Shown in pieces: positions 49,440-59,461 of a stretch of 64,000 bases of DNA. The position numbers and the translations under genes were made by a program. Location: NCBI GenBank assembly GCA_965248055.1, contig CBDFIJ010000004.1, forward strand, positions 1,248,001 through 1,312,000, written 5' to 3'. A model generated the notes under the pieces. The model was not told the origin of the DNA and ran no database searches. It saw nothing but the letters and a program-made list of their open reading frames with translations. The DNA is from Candidatus Multivoradales bacterium (lineage in GTDB: Bacteria > Acidobacteriota > Thermoanaerobaculia > Multivoradales > JAHEKO01). The first letter of the stretch is position 1. Every line of letters begins with the position of its first letter.

Positions 49440-51183
49440 TTACCGGCCTTTGGCATCCATCGGACGTTGTTCGACCGGACCTAGTTGTCTTGCCTCAGCC
49501 CATGAACGTTCTCGTGTGTTAGCTGGAAAACCCGCTCCTGCCAGAGGATCCCTTGGGAAAGGTGGGACGGGTTCAACTCCTTCGGGATACCGCAGAGGAT
49601 CGAAGACTTTCTCGATACGACGAGCGAAGTCGACATAGAACTCGCGATCAGCGAATAGATCCAGCAGAAGGTCTTCATCCAACACCCAATTACCGATCCC
49701 GTCTTCCACATACACTCCTTGAGGAACAAGCATCTCGTCCTCGATCTCTTGAAGGGCAAAGTAATACGGCTTCATGCCCTTCCAGACCTTGCGGTAGATT
49801 CTCCCGACAATCAGTTTCTGGGCTTCTCTCTTGCCACCAAAGCAAAAATCCTCGGCTGTCTCGAAGAGCGCCTTTTGAAGGACGCTGGGAAGCATTCGCT
49901 GTGGAAACGTCACTACGGAGTGGCCGTTCAGGAATCGCGCGGGATATCCTGGTATTCGACGATGGAGGAGTCGCTTCCAGTCTCGCGTTCTTGGTGTGAT
50001 GCCCTGGCAGTAGAGCTGAATGGTGAAGCAGCCGACCTGCTCAGCGAACGTCGCGATCTCGCGAACCGACCGCTCAGTGTCATTGGCGTAACCGGCAATG
50101 AACGACGCAGAAAACCTAAAGTCAAAGCGGCGCAGTCGCTCCGCTGTATCGATGTAGACGGGCATGTCCGAGTCTTTACGCATATCCTCAAGCGTAGCGT
50201 TCTCAACCGACTCAAGACCCATGGAGATGTTCCAAATGCCCGCTTTGCGCATTAGCCGCAGGAACGAATCCGAAAAGCCCTCATTACCATGAGAAAACTG
50301 ATCTGCCCGGCACAAAACGGTGAAAGTTGGCTTACGACTGCGATCCTCAAAATGACGAACGAGTGCTTCAAGAAGCTCCGTTGTTGCGTCGAGGTCAGCT
50401 CCGAAGAGGTTGTCCACAACCATGAAGCGGTCTACCCCGGTGTGCTCGAGTGCGTGACTTACGTCGTGAACAAAGTCCTCGACCGGACGCACGAAATAAC
50501 CGGCTTTGCCAAACAAACTTGTCCACGAGCAGAAGGAGCAAAAGTATGTGCAGCCCCGGGAGGCTTGTACGGGCAACTGAGTGAGGGAGAGCCGCGATTT
50601 TACGTCTCGACTGCCGACAAATGTGGAAAAATCGTAACGGTAGTTAATCTCCGCACGGCTCTGGCGTCCGCTAGAAACTTGCCAATCCCCCATTTCGTCA
50701 CGGTACCAGAGCCCGGGAATAGTGCTAAGCGCCCGATCTCGGGCAGAAGAATCTGCCAGCTCTAGAGCGTTGAGTAGAGGGATGACAGTGTTATCTCCCT
50801 CGTACAGAACAATGACATCAGCGTATCGTTGAGCTTCTTGCGGAAACATGGTGGCGTGCTCACCACCGATAACCAGATCGAACGGACACCGCGCACAAAG
50901 TCGCATCTGATTGACCAGGATTTCGTTTTCGGACCAGGATTTCGTTTTCGGCTGCGGTTGTCGTAAGTCCATTAAGCAACAAGAAACGGGGGTCGGCTTT
51001 GGCAAGCCGATCAGGGCTGATTGCCCCACAATATGGCTCAAAGAGCAAGAAACAGTCATAGTCGGTACGTTCACTAAGGATCGCCGCCATCGTCATCAAG
51101 CCCGAACGCGGCATGGTGATCGAGCTTCCCAGGTTGGGAATTGTTGGCATCATTTCGACCAGAAAAACTTTGTTACTACTCAC
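49440..51183 (-). pseudogene. B12-binding radical SAM protein frameshifted by a 19-bp tandem duplication
   Basis: GAGGAG RBS plus GTG 51183; GGEHAT; SRGCTYFCSFC; GLES; duplication 50913-50950. Confidence 0.88.
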
Positions 51184-51271
51184 AGCTATTCTCCTCAACC
51201 AATACCGCAAAAGTCCGCGAAACGGAACCGCGTCAGACAGCTACTCTCGACGAACTGTCGTGCTTCTACGA

Positions 51272-52095
51272 TCACTTCTCCACCACACCGAACAACAGTG
51301 CATGATCCGAGTGCTTGTCGATCCACGCACGCTTTTGAGTCTTCGTATTCTTCTCTGGCCATCCACTCACTTCGACTTCGGCTCCTCCGGCTAAGCTCCG
51401 AATCTTCATCGCTTTGTCGGCAAACACATGGTCAAGCGTGCTTCCCGGAAAATAGTTGTCGCCCCCGTTCCACCAGGTCAAGTCCTGGCTTCGCTGCAGT
51501 GGGCGCATGTTGACTCGATTGAACCTCTTGATAAGTGAATCGATCTCTTCGTTACATGAAAGATCGCTCGTGTTGTTGAACGCCGCATTCAACCCCATAG
51601 TGTTGAGATCCCCTAAGCACAGGAAAAGAGACGTTTCGTTTGGCCCAGCAATCTTGTCGAGTACGCGCTTCAACTTCGCTACATGAGCGAACATGTCGTC
51701 TCGGAGTCCCCACGATCTTGGGTCCGGAAGTGACTTCTCCTTGGAGAAAGAGGATGGGGTAGTCCTTGCTGTCGATCCGCAATGTCGCAAGTGCCCCAGG
51801 TCGCAACGTTGGCACCTTGCTCTTGAACTCTTCGCGCTGGGTGACAAACGACTGGATACTTCTCCGGACACCAACCAGAATCTCCATTCCGCTCTTGGGG
51901 TTTTCGGTGATGGTGAACGCGTGCGAACTCATCTTGGTCATGAGCGTGATTGAACACGCTCTTACCCAAAACCTCGTAGAGCGCAAAGACGTCCGGATTC
52001 TTTGCCTCCAGCACATCAACGATGCATTGCACCCGAGTCGGATCGCAATGGAAGTGCTAAACATTCCAGGACGCAAATGAAAAAAGTTTGACCAT
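51272..52095 (-). pseudogene. Endonuclease/exonuclease/phosphatase family pseudogene
   Basis: SWNV*HF (TAG 52057-52059), PDVFALYEV, GDLN, LDH, SDHA spread over three frames. Confidence 0.8.
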
Positions 52096-52509
52096 TCCGT
52101 TCACCTTGACAAACACAAATGCGGCCCGTCTACAAGACCACCCCGCTGCTGGACCTCGGAGCACCCCGACCTCAAGGTCCGTGTTCGGCTGACTGCCCCT
52201 TATATCAAGGAATATGGCGTTTGTCAGCGTCGACGATCACATCGCAGTTCATTCTCTAGCCAATCCACCGGTGGGTGCCGGTGGGTGCCATGCGGGTATT
52301 GAGAACTCTTTGGAGAACAGATCGAAGCATCAATATCCGGATAGATTGGCCAGAAGCTAGCCATCCTTCGTTCCGTTTTAGTATTTCGTAGGCTCGACCT
52401 GCCCGCACACCAAGAAATTCCAACCCAAGCTTCCCCAGTACACACTCCAGCCATTGCGTCCGCCAAAGGAAGCCGATTTGTGGTCTCGTGATAAATGCTG
52501 TCGAGCCGC

Positions 52510-53421
52510 CTACGCGATAAACAGGCTAACAAACGGCCTGGGTGGTGGAAAAGATCCCGAGGGAAAAGCCGCGGTGAGGTTGCCATATCTCAGTTGTTCT
52601 GAAGCGTCGCGATATGCACTCAGGAAGTAATCGTAGGCTCGGTAAAGAGCGCGCCGCATCTTGCGGGTGGCGCAGTGAAACATCGGTGCTGGAGACCTCT
52701 TGAGGCGAGGCGGGCAGTAGGTTGCTGACAAGTCAGGCAATTCGCCCTCCAAGGACTCTGCCTTTGAACTCGAGCCTTCTGCGACCACTAGGTCGATGAG
52801 TTCGCGAACCCGTTGTACTTGCTCTTTGGGCGACCGGTGAGCCCAACAAGGAAGAGAACTGAGGTGGACCCTCTCCTGCGTGAACACCGCTGGGCTGTGG
52901 CCGCGTCGCACTCTCTCCCAGTATTCGTGGGTACGTTTGCGCCATCGTCCTGTGAGCGTACGTCTGCCCTCAGCCAGGGCATTTGCCGAGTGAACACCCG
53001 ACCACTCTCTTGGGTCAGTAACCAGCCCTTCTTTAACTCCCTGCGACAGCAGATACTTCATTCGCCCCTCTTGCGCTGCCTCTTCCTCGCTGACCACAAT
53101 CGCCTGATAGCGCCGACCCCAGAACTTCTCCCGCCAACCGTGCATACGCCCAAGTTCTCGGGCGATATTGCTGTTGAGGTAACCAACAAACTGCGCCATT
53201 CGCTGAGCGTCGGGCACGGAAATGAGCATGTGGTAGTGGTTGGACATGAAGGCGAAGGCGTGAATCTCCACCGGGTAGAGCCGCTGTGCCCTGCCCATGA
53301 CACCAAGAATCGCGTCGTTGGCTGCTGGTGAGGGCTTTAGAAGATATCGCCCCTGGAAAGTCCGTGTCGTGACTTCAACCAGAGTGTTTTCGGCGGGAAT
53401 GAAGCGAAGTCGTCGTCCCAT
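52510..53421 (-). mobile_element. REP-associated-type HUH (Y1) tyrosine transposase, apparently intact
   Basis: VTTRT, FMSNHYH (HUH), FWGRRY, catalytic-Tyr candidate in KYLLSQGVKEGLV, C-terminal FPSGSFPP. Confidence 0.88.
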
Positions 53422-53455
53422 GAAACCAGAGACGTAAACCGACTCAATCACCTTG

Positions 53456-53478
53456 CATTATTCGGGTGGAACTTATTT
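53456..53478 (-). repeat. REP-like end motif upstream of the intact transposase
   Basis: CATTATTCGGGTGGAACTTATTT, 22/23 identical to the other copies. Confidence 0.85.
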
Positions 53479-53618
53479 GGGCCCTCGGATCTAGGACAAA
53501 AGCTTGACCTAATTCAAGGCTAGCTCTAGTATCCAGGCAAAGCTTTAGCATTCCGAGCGTGAAATCGACGGCTATGTGGCTGTGGGTAGCACTTTTGGAG
53601 AAAAAGGAGTGCTCGAAA

Positions 53619-55097
53619 ATGGAAAATAGATACGTTCCAAGGTTACTAATCTGCTCCATCCTGGCTGCAGTATCGCCAGCAACAACGCAGACCGCAAAGT
53701 GGTTCGAGGATCCAAAGCTCCTTCGAGAATTAGAAGCTGCCGCCGAGAACTGTGGTTCGGACCCAGCAGCGTCCAAAGATCTAAAGACCGCAGCGGAATT
53801 TCTCGAAGATGTTGCCAAAGACTACCGGGAGCAAAGGCTGTTCCAGGGCTCGGCTCAGGTCGCCTTGAGTTCCACTCGGCCGTCAGTCCGAGAATCTACA
53901 GATGACATTCGTAAGGATACTGACGGTGACGGTACCTCCGAAACAACGATTAATACACGGAGAGAAGGTCGGGAAACTATCAATACCAAGATAGAAATTG
54001 CGCGCGGACTCTATCCTGACCGGTTTGAGGCCTCATCAGCCATTGATGTTCGAGTGTCCGACGGAGACATCGTCGAAGACGTGAGCGATCTATCGGTCAG
54101 GTACGGTTTCCACACGAACCCGTGGCTTGAAGTTTTTGCTTCATTGAAGAGGACCAGCAACAACTTGATCAACATAGATCAGCGATACGAAGTTGGCGGT
54201 GGTATCACCCTAGTTTGGCATTCAAGACGTTTTACTTTGGACAAGGACGAACAAAGATGGAGATTGGAAAACCCCAAACCTCGGAAAAAATCTAAGAATC
54301 GGAGTTCAGACCCTAGAAGCCAGGAAGGACCTGAGAGCCGGAGTTATGTCGAGCACAAAGCGCTGTTTTTGAATCCAGATGTGAAGACAAAAAAAGGGGA
54401 AGAAGGTGGCTGGCGGGCGTTGCAACACATTGACCCCACCACATCACTAGAGACGTTCTTACCTCTCTTGCAGAAGTGTGCAATGAAAGCAGCAAATGAG
54501 AAAAGGAGCGGGCTCGAGCTGAGCCAAATCCGGCAGGAAGCGCACAAAGACTGGCAGAAACTTCAAGCAACAAAACGCCTACGGCACTCTAAACTCGGAC
54601 TGGGATTCATTCTTGCGTACAATTACGAGGCTGAGCAGGCAACGCTTAAGAGGACGACGACTCGAAAACTAGGAGAAAACACCTCAAGAACCCTATCAGA
54701 ATCTTATCCTGTTGACTTGTCTCACCCAAGCCTTGTAGTTGGTTGGTTCATCAAATGGAAGCCTTCTCCTCTTTGGGAATTCAATACGGAATGGCAACGC
54801 AAATATGGGCTTTTATTGGGCGGCGAGACATTTTTTCGAGAGACAGTAATTGTGGCTCGCAATGACAATTTTGAGCCGATCTTCGAAGAGGTTGCAAGCT
54901 ACCGAGATAATATTGAATTGCTCGGAACCCTGAAACTTGCGGACTCGGTAGTTGGTCATGTTGGCAGTGTGAAGTTAGGGCTCACTGTCAAGTTTGATCT
55001 CGACAACGCACCGCCGACTTGGAGGCTTGGCCAAGACGGTATCAGTGCGCCGGATGCGCATTACAACGTAGATCTTAATTTGATCGTCGAATGGTAG
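53619..55097 (+). CDS. Hypothetical exported protein, probable outer-membrane beta-barrel
   Basis: AAGGAG RBS, signal peptide, alternating beta-strand pattern, terminal YNVDLNLIVEW. Confidence 0.6.
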   Translation: MENRYVPRLLICSILAAVSPATTQTAKWFEDPKLLRELEAAAENCGSDPAASKDLKTAAEFLEDVAKDYREQRLFQGSAQVALSSTRPSVRESTDDIRKDTDGDGTSETTINTRREGRETINTKIEIARGLYPDRFEASSAIDVRVSDGDIVEDVSDLSVRYGFHTNPWLEVFASLKRTSNNLINIDQRYEVGGGITLVWHSRRFTLDKDEQRWRLENPKPRKKSKNRSSDPRSQEGPESRSYVEHKALFLNPDVKTKKGEEGGWRALQHIDPTTSLETFLPLLQKCAMKAANEKRSGLELSQIRQEAHKDWQKLQATKRLRHSKLGLGFILAYNYEAEQATLKRTTTRKLGENTSRTLSESYPVDLSHPSLVVGWFIKWKPSPLWEFNTEWQRKYGLLLGGETFFRETVIVARNDNFEPIFEEVASYRDNIELLGTLKLADSVVGHVGSVKLGLTVKFDLDNAPPTWRLGQDGISAPDAHYNVDLNLIVEW

Positions 55098-55327
55098 GCC
55101 TGACTCTCGCAGAGGTGAACTCGGGTTTCGAACAGGTCGCAAAACACTGAGTCCAAACGGACAATCAGGTGGCCGAACTGTCGAACATGAACCCATCAAC
55201 TAGCGCTCGTTCGGTCCCCGAGAAGTGCTCCATGCATGAGGTTTCTGCTGACTACCTGTGAGACTCGACTAAACAGGTCCCAGCCCCGGAGTGGAAAGCA
55301 ACTAGCTTGCTATCAATTCAACCCATC

Positions 55328-55341
55328 GATGTGATAGCATC
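55328..55341 (+). promoter_or_regulatory. vapBC promoter/operator
   Basis: GATG-N6-CATC inverted repeat over TAGCAT -10; equivalent GATGTGTTAACATC precedes copy 1. Confidence 0.5.
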
Positions 55342-55347
55342 TGATGT

Positions 55348-55590
55348 ATGCGCACCACTCTCAACCTCGCCGAAGACATCCTCCTAGCAGTCAAAGAGCG
55401 CGCCCGACGCCAGGGCCAAAGTGCAGGGAAGGTTCTCTCTGATCTTGCTCGGGAGGCGCTAACCCGTGATCAGGTCGCCGACGAAGTCGCTGAAGATGGT
55501 GCTTTTTACGGCTTCGAGCCGCTACCGCGCCGTGGACTGGCCATCTCCAACGACTTAATCGACCAGCTACGCGAAAATGACCCTGACTGA
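55348..55590 (+). CDS. vapB: VapB/CopG-like antitoxin
   Basis: MRTTLNLAEDILLAVKERAR..SAGKVLSDLAREAL; TGATG coupling to toxin. Confidence 0.88.
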   Translation: MRTTLNLAEDILLAVKERARRQGQSAGKVLSDLAREALTRDQVADEVAEDGAFYGFEPLPRRGLAISNDLIDQLRENDPD

Positions 55591-56015
55591 TGCGCGCACT
55601 GCTCGACGTCAATGTACTTCTCGCCCTGCTGGATGCCGACCACGTCGACCATCGGGGCGCTCGCTCGTGGCTCAAGCGCGACATCGCTCTCGGTTGGGCG
55701 TCGTGCGCGATCACCCAAAACGGCTTCGTTCGTGTCGTGACTCAAGAGCGCTACCCCAGCCCAGTTTCGACCAAGGAAGCTACTCACAGGCTGCGGCGGG
55801 CGACTGACACAGAACATCACCAGTTCTTGCCCTCGGATATCAGTATTCTCGATGAGGTTGTTCGCGCCAATCGAATCCACGGATCAAGACAGGTCACCGA
55901 TGTCTACTTGCTAGCTCTGGCAGTCGAGCATGGTTGCCGTTTTGTGACCTTTGATCGATCGGTCCCACTCTCCGCCGTCGTGGGCGCCAAAGCGAAACAC
56001 CTGGTGACTCTCTAA
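55590..56015 (+). CDS. vapC: VapC PIN-domain toxin
   Basis: 123/141 aa identical to the copy at 45776 (hand count). Confidence 0.92.
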   Translation: MRALLDVNVLLALLDADHVDHRGARSWLKRDIALGWASCAITQNGFVRVVTQERYPSPVSTKEATHRLRRATDTEHHQFLPSDISILDEVVRANRIHGSRQVTDVYLLALAVEHGCRFVTFDRSVPLSAVVGAKAKHLVTL

Positions 56016-56114
56016 AGCTCAGCCCGGTATAGCCGCGTTCTCCGAATAGACCGACACCAGATATGCCAGCCTCGGGGTCTCGCGACATTCAGCCGGTTCG
56101 ATTACGATTCCCCC

Positions 56115-57302
56115 ATGCCCCACTCCCCCAAGTTCGCCGCTGCTCTCGATGACGTAACAGGTTCGGTCTACACCACCCTCGCAAAAAAACTCGCCAGCCA
56201 CCAAGGTGAGGTGTATTCGTTCCACGTTGGGGACACTTGGATGGAGCCGGCAGAGGGGTGTCGGATGGAGGATTTGCGGGTCGCGGAGAACCCTGGGATG
56301 CATCGATATACCGCGCCGCAGGGGCATCCGGAGTTGTTGTCGACGGTGCGGGCGGAGTTGGGACGGCGGCATGGTTGGGACTTGGCGCCGGATCAGCTGC
56401 TGATCGCGGCGGGAGCGACGGGGGCGCTGGGGGCGGTGGCCGGGGCGATTCTGGATCCGGGGGATGAGGTGTTGTTGGCTGCACCGTACTGGCCACTGAT
56501 TGCTGGCATTGTGCGTTCGTTTCGCGGCGTGCCAGTCGATGTGCCGGTGTTTGTGCCGCAGCTTCACGGGGACGAGATCATCGCTGCCCTGGAGGCAGCC
56601 ACCACAGACAGGACGGTTGCGGTGTACTGGAACACCCCTAACAACCCGTCAGGCTGCGCACTGACGGCGGACGAGGTGGCGGCGATCAGTGCCTGGGCGC
56701 GCGAGCGCAATTTGTGGATCTTGGCTGACGAGGTGTACGAGGCCTACCAGTTTGGGGCTGCATTGTCTGGAACGCCAGTCAGACCAGCTTATGGTTTCGC
56801 GCCGGAGCGCACCTTCTCGACGCACTCATTTTCCAAGACCTTCGGCATGGCGGGCAATCGCTGTGGCTATGTGGTGGGTCCGGGTGAGGCGATCGAGGCC
56901 GCGCGCAAGATCAGCACCCATACTTTCTACTCGACGCCAACCGCCTCCCAGCTCGCTGCAATTCGCACCCTGACTCTGCCAGCGGCCACCGAGTGGGTAG
57001 CTTCGGCGCGAGCAAAGTATCAAGAGGTCGGAACGCGCTGTGCCCAGCTGTTGGGTGTACCAGCACCGCAGGGGTCGACCTTCTTGTTTCTGGATGTCGC
57101 AGACTGCTTGGACGCTGGAAATGGCAATAGCCTCGAGAGGCTCCTGGAAGACTTGGCCGACTTCGGCCTGTTTCTGGCTCCGGGCCCGAGTTTCGGTCCC
57201 TACCCCAATCATGTGCGGATGTGCTTCACCGCCACGCCTCCCGAAGTTACATTGCGTGGCGCAGAGATCTTGGCTCGGGAGCTGGCTGGACGTCGCAATT
57301 AG
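56115..57302 (+). CDS. PLP-dependent aminotransferase class I/II
   Basis: NTPNNPSG, DEVYE, SFSKTFGMAGNRCGY. Confidence 0.92.
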   Translation: MPHSPKFAAALDDVTGSVYTTLAKKLASHQGEVYSFHVGDTWMEPAEGCRMEDLRVAENPGMHRYTAPQGHPELLSTVRAELGRRHGWDLAPDQLLIAAGATGALGAVAGAILDPGDEVLLAAPYWPLIAGIVRSFRGVPVDVPVFVPQLHGDEIIAALEAATTDRTVAVYWNTPNNPSGCALTADEVAAISAWARERNLWILADEVYEAYQFGAALSGTPVRPAYGFAPERTFSTHSFSKTFGMAGNRCGYVVGPGEAIEAARKISTHTFYSTPTASQLAAIRTLTLPAATEWVASARAKYQEVGTRCAQLLGVPAPQGSTFLFLDVADCLDAGNGNSLERLLEDLADFGLFLAPGPSFGPYPNHVRMCFTATPPEVTLRGAEILARELAGRRN

Positions 57303-57311
57303 GCGCCGTCG

Positions 57312-58154
57312 CTAGGATTTGATGGTTCGTCGGTGGGAAGCAACCGGCATCGCTCGCCGCACTTCCGCAACTTTCTCAAGATCGATCTCTGCGACCGCCC
57401 AACCGACTCCTTCGGGTATCTCGGCAACCACGGTTCCCCAAGGGTCCAAAATCATCGAGTGGCCATGGCTCTCACGTAGTCCGTCGTCGTCATGGTGACC
57501 GGTTTGCGCCGCTGCTAGCAACCAGCATTGGGTCTCGATGGCTCGGGCTCGCAGCAGCGTTCTCCAATGGGCTTGCCCGGTGGGGGCGGTAAAGGCTGAA
57601 GGCACTACAATGATCTCAGCTCCCTGATCCACCAGCGTGCGATACAGCTCTCCGAACCGCAAGTCGTAGCAGATCGAGAGTCCCACCACTCCGGTGTTGG
57701 TCTCGCAGATCACCGCCCGATTCCCCGGCGCTACGGTGTCTGACTCGACAAACCGTACTCGGGTATTCGCAGTGGCATTCGCAGTGGCATTCAGGTCGAC
57801 ATCGAACAGATGGATCTTGCGATAGCTGGCTTGTATTTCTCCGTCCGGGCCGAACAGGACCGAGGTGTTGTAGCAGTGCTCGGAGTCGGGTCCAACTTCA
57901 TTGAACGAACCCAAGATCAAGGACACGCCCAGCTCGGCGGCCAATCCAGCGAACCGCTGGCAAGTGGGCCCGTCGAGCGGCTCGGCGGTGCGCACTTTCT
58001 CTGGATGGGGGCCCAAGAAGTTGGTGTTCTCTGGGGTAACGATGAATTGCGCACCCTCGCCAGCAGCTCCGCGGATGCATTTCTCAGCCGCTCGCCAGTT
58101 CTCCTCGACGTTGGAGGTCGAGTTCAACTGCACAATCCCTGCGGTAAATCGCAA
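57312..58154 (-). CDS. Carbon-nitrogen hydrolase (Nit1-like amidase)
   Basis: TPE, YRKIHLFD, ICYDLRF, ARAIETQ, GHSMILDPWG; AAGGAG RBS before TTG. Confidence 0.92.
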   Translation of the reverse strand: MRFTAGIVQLNSTSNVEENWRAAEKCIRGAAGEGAQFIVTPENTNFLGPHPEKVRTAEPLDGPTCQRFAGLAAELGVSLILGSFNEVGPDSEHCYNTSVLFGPDGEIQASYRKIHLFDVDLNATANATANTRVRFVESDTVAPGNRAVICETNTGVVGLSICYDLRFGELYRTLVDQGAEIIVVPSAFTAPTGQAHWRTLLRARAIETQCWLLAAAQTGHHDDDGLRESHGHSMILDPWGTVVAEIPEGVGWAVAEIDLEKVAEVRRAMPVASHRRTIKS

Positions 58155-58216
58155 TGTTTCTCTCCTTGTCGCCGACGACGACGCCCATTCTTCCAACCGA
58201 GGATACACTGACCGCC

Positions 58217-59326
58217 GTGCTCGCCGACGCCTTACCTTCGACTGCCGAACGGCTGAAAATCGACCTGCAGTTGGGCCTCCACAGTGGAGGTCAATTGTCG
58301 ATCCGAAGTCCTAATCTCAACCGCGATTGCGCCTTCGGTGAAGCTCGTCCGAACGAGGAAATGAAGCTCGATCACCGTCTCTTGTGGCTGTCCGGGTCCA
58401 AGCCGTTGACCGCGGTGGCGATCGCTCAGTTGTGGGAGCAAGGGTTGCTCGATTTCAAGGATCTGGTGACCAGGCACATTCCCGAGTTTGGCGTCGGCGG
58501 CAAGGAGGCGATCACGATTCGCCACCTGTTGACCCATACGTCGGGGATTCGCATGATCGCCACCGGTTGGCCGGAGCTAAGTTGGGATGAAGTAATCGCC
58601 AAGATTTGCGCGCGACGCATCGAACCCCGCTGGATTCCGGGCGAGAAGGCTGGGTATCACCTGACTTCGAGTTGGTTCATTCTGGGCGAGATCATCCAAC
58701 GCTGCAGCGGCCTCAGCTTTTCTCACTACCTGCGCGACAAGGTACTGCAACCTGCCGGCATGGATGGCACCCTGTTGGGTATGGATCGGGAAATCTATCG
58801 GCGCGAGCAAGCCAGCTTTGCTCCGGTGTTGGACACCGAGCACGACGGCGACCCCCATCCATGGACCCAAAAGGCGTTCTTGGTGCAACCTTCGCCTGGT
58901 GCCAACGCGATCGGACCCGCCGCAGATCTGGCGCGGTTCTACTTGACCCTACTCAACGGCGGCCAAGGGTCGAACGGACAGATCTTGCAGCCACAGACCG
59001 TTCAACTGATCACCAGCCGCCATCGGCATAGTCTCTACGACCACACCTTCAAGGCAACGCTGGACTGGGGATTGGGATTCATCTTGAATCCATCCATCGA
59101 CCGGTCCACCGACCATCCAACATCGAACATTCCCTATGCCTATGGACCGGGTGCTTCAGCAGCGACTTTTGGCCACAGCGGATATCGCTCGGTGGTTGCG
59201 TTTGCCGACCCACAGGCGTCGCTAGCGGTTGCCTTGATTTGGAACGGCACTGCGGATGAAGCCGCTCACCGCAGGCGGGTGTATCAGACGCTGAAAGCGC
59301 TGTACAGTGATCTCAACAAGCAGTGA
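58217..59326 (+). CDS. Serine hydrolase (beta-lactamase family)
   Basis: SGSK, LLTHTSG, YH, FGHSG. Confidence 0.88.
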   Translation: MLADALPSTAERLKIDLQLGLHSGGQLSIRSPNLNRDCAFGEARPNEEMKLDHRLLWLSGSKPLTAVAIAQLWEQGLLDFKDLVTRHIPEFGVGGKEAITIRHLLTHTSGIRMIATGWPELSWDEVIAKICARRIEPRWIPGEKAGYHLTSSWFILGEIIQRCSGLSFSHYLRDKVLQPAGMDGTLLGMDREIYRREQASFAPVLDTEHDGDPHPWTQKAFLVQPSPGANAIGPAADLARFYLTLLNGGQGSNGQILQPQTVQLITSRHRHSLYDHTFKATLDWGLGFILNPSIDRSTDHPTSNIPYAYGPGASAATFGHSGYRSVVAFADPQASLAVALIWNGTADEAAHRRRVYQTLKALYSDLNKQ

Positions 59327-59387
59327 CCTCAATGAGCAGGGATCTTGACAAACAGTGACCTTGAATAGCCAGTGATCTCAGATCACT
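59305..59387 (+). repeat. Degenerate 16-bp tandem repeat (about 5 units)
   Basis: CAGTGATCTCAACAAG, CAGTGACCTCAATGAG, CAGGGATCTTGACAAA, CAGTGACCTTGAATAGC, CAGTGATCTCAG. Confidence 0.75.
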
Positions 59388-59461
59388 CGTTGTCTTGAAT
59401 AACTGAAGGGTGGTGGTCAGCGCTCGCTGGACGGTGGAGGTCGTTGTTCCAAGAGACCTAG

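Noticed and set aside
52224-52586. 120-aa ORF downstream of the transposase
   Set aside because: Overlaps the transposase in another frame, no recognisable motif or RBS
46254-53478. CRISPR array formed by the 23-bp motif
   Set aside because: Spacing is irregular (90 bp to several kb), no cas genes, and the motif is tied to the transposase 5' end
45514-56015. Integron cassette array
   Set aside because: No intI, no attC-like sites recognised, cargo genes in mixed orientation
59305-59387. Mini-CRISPR
   Set aside because: Units are contiguous with no spacers
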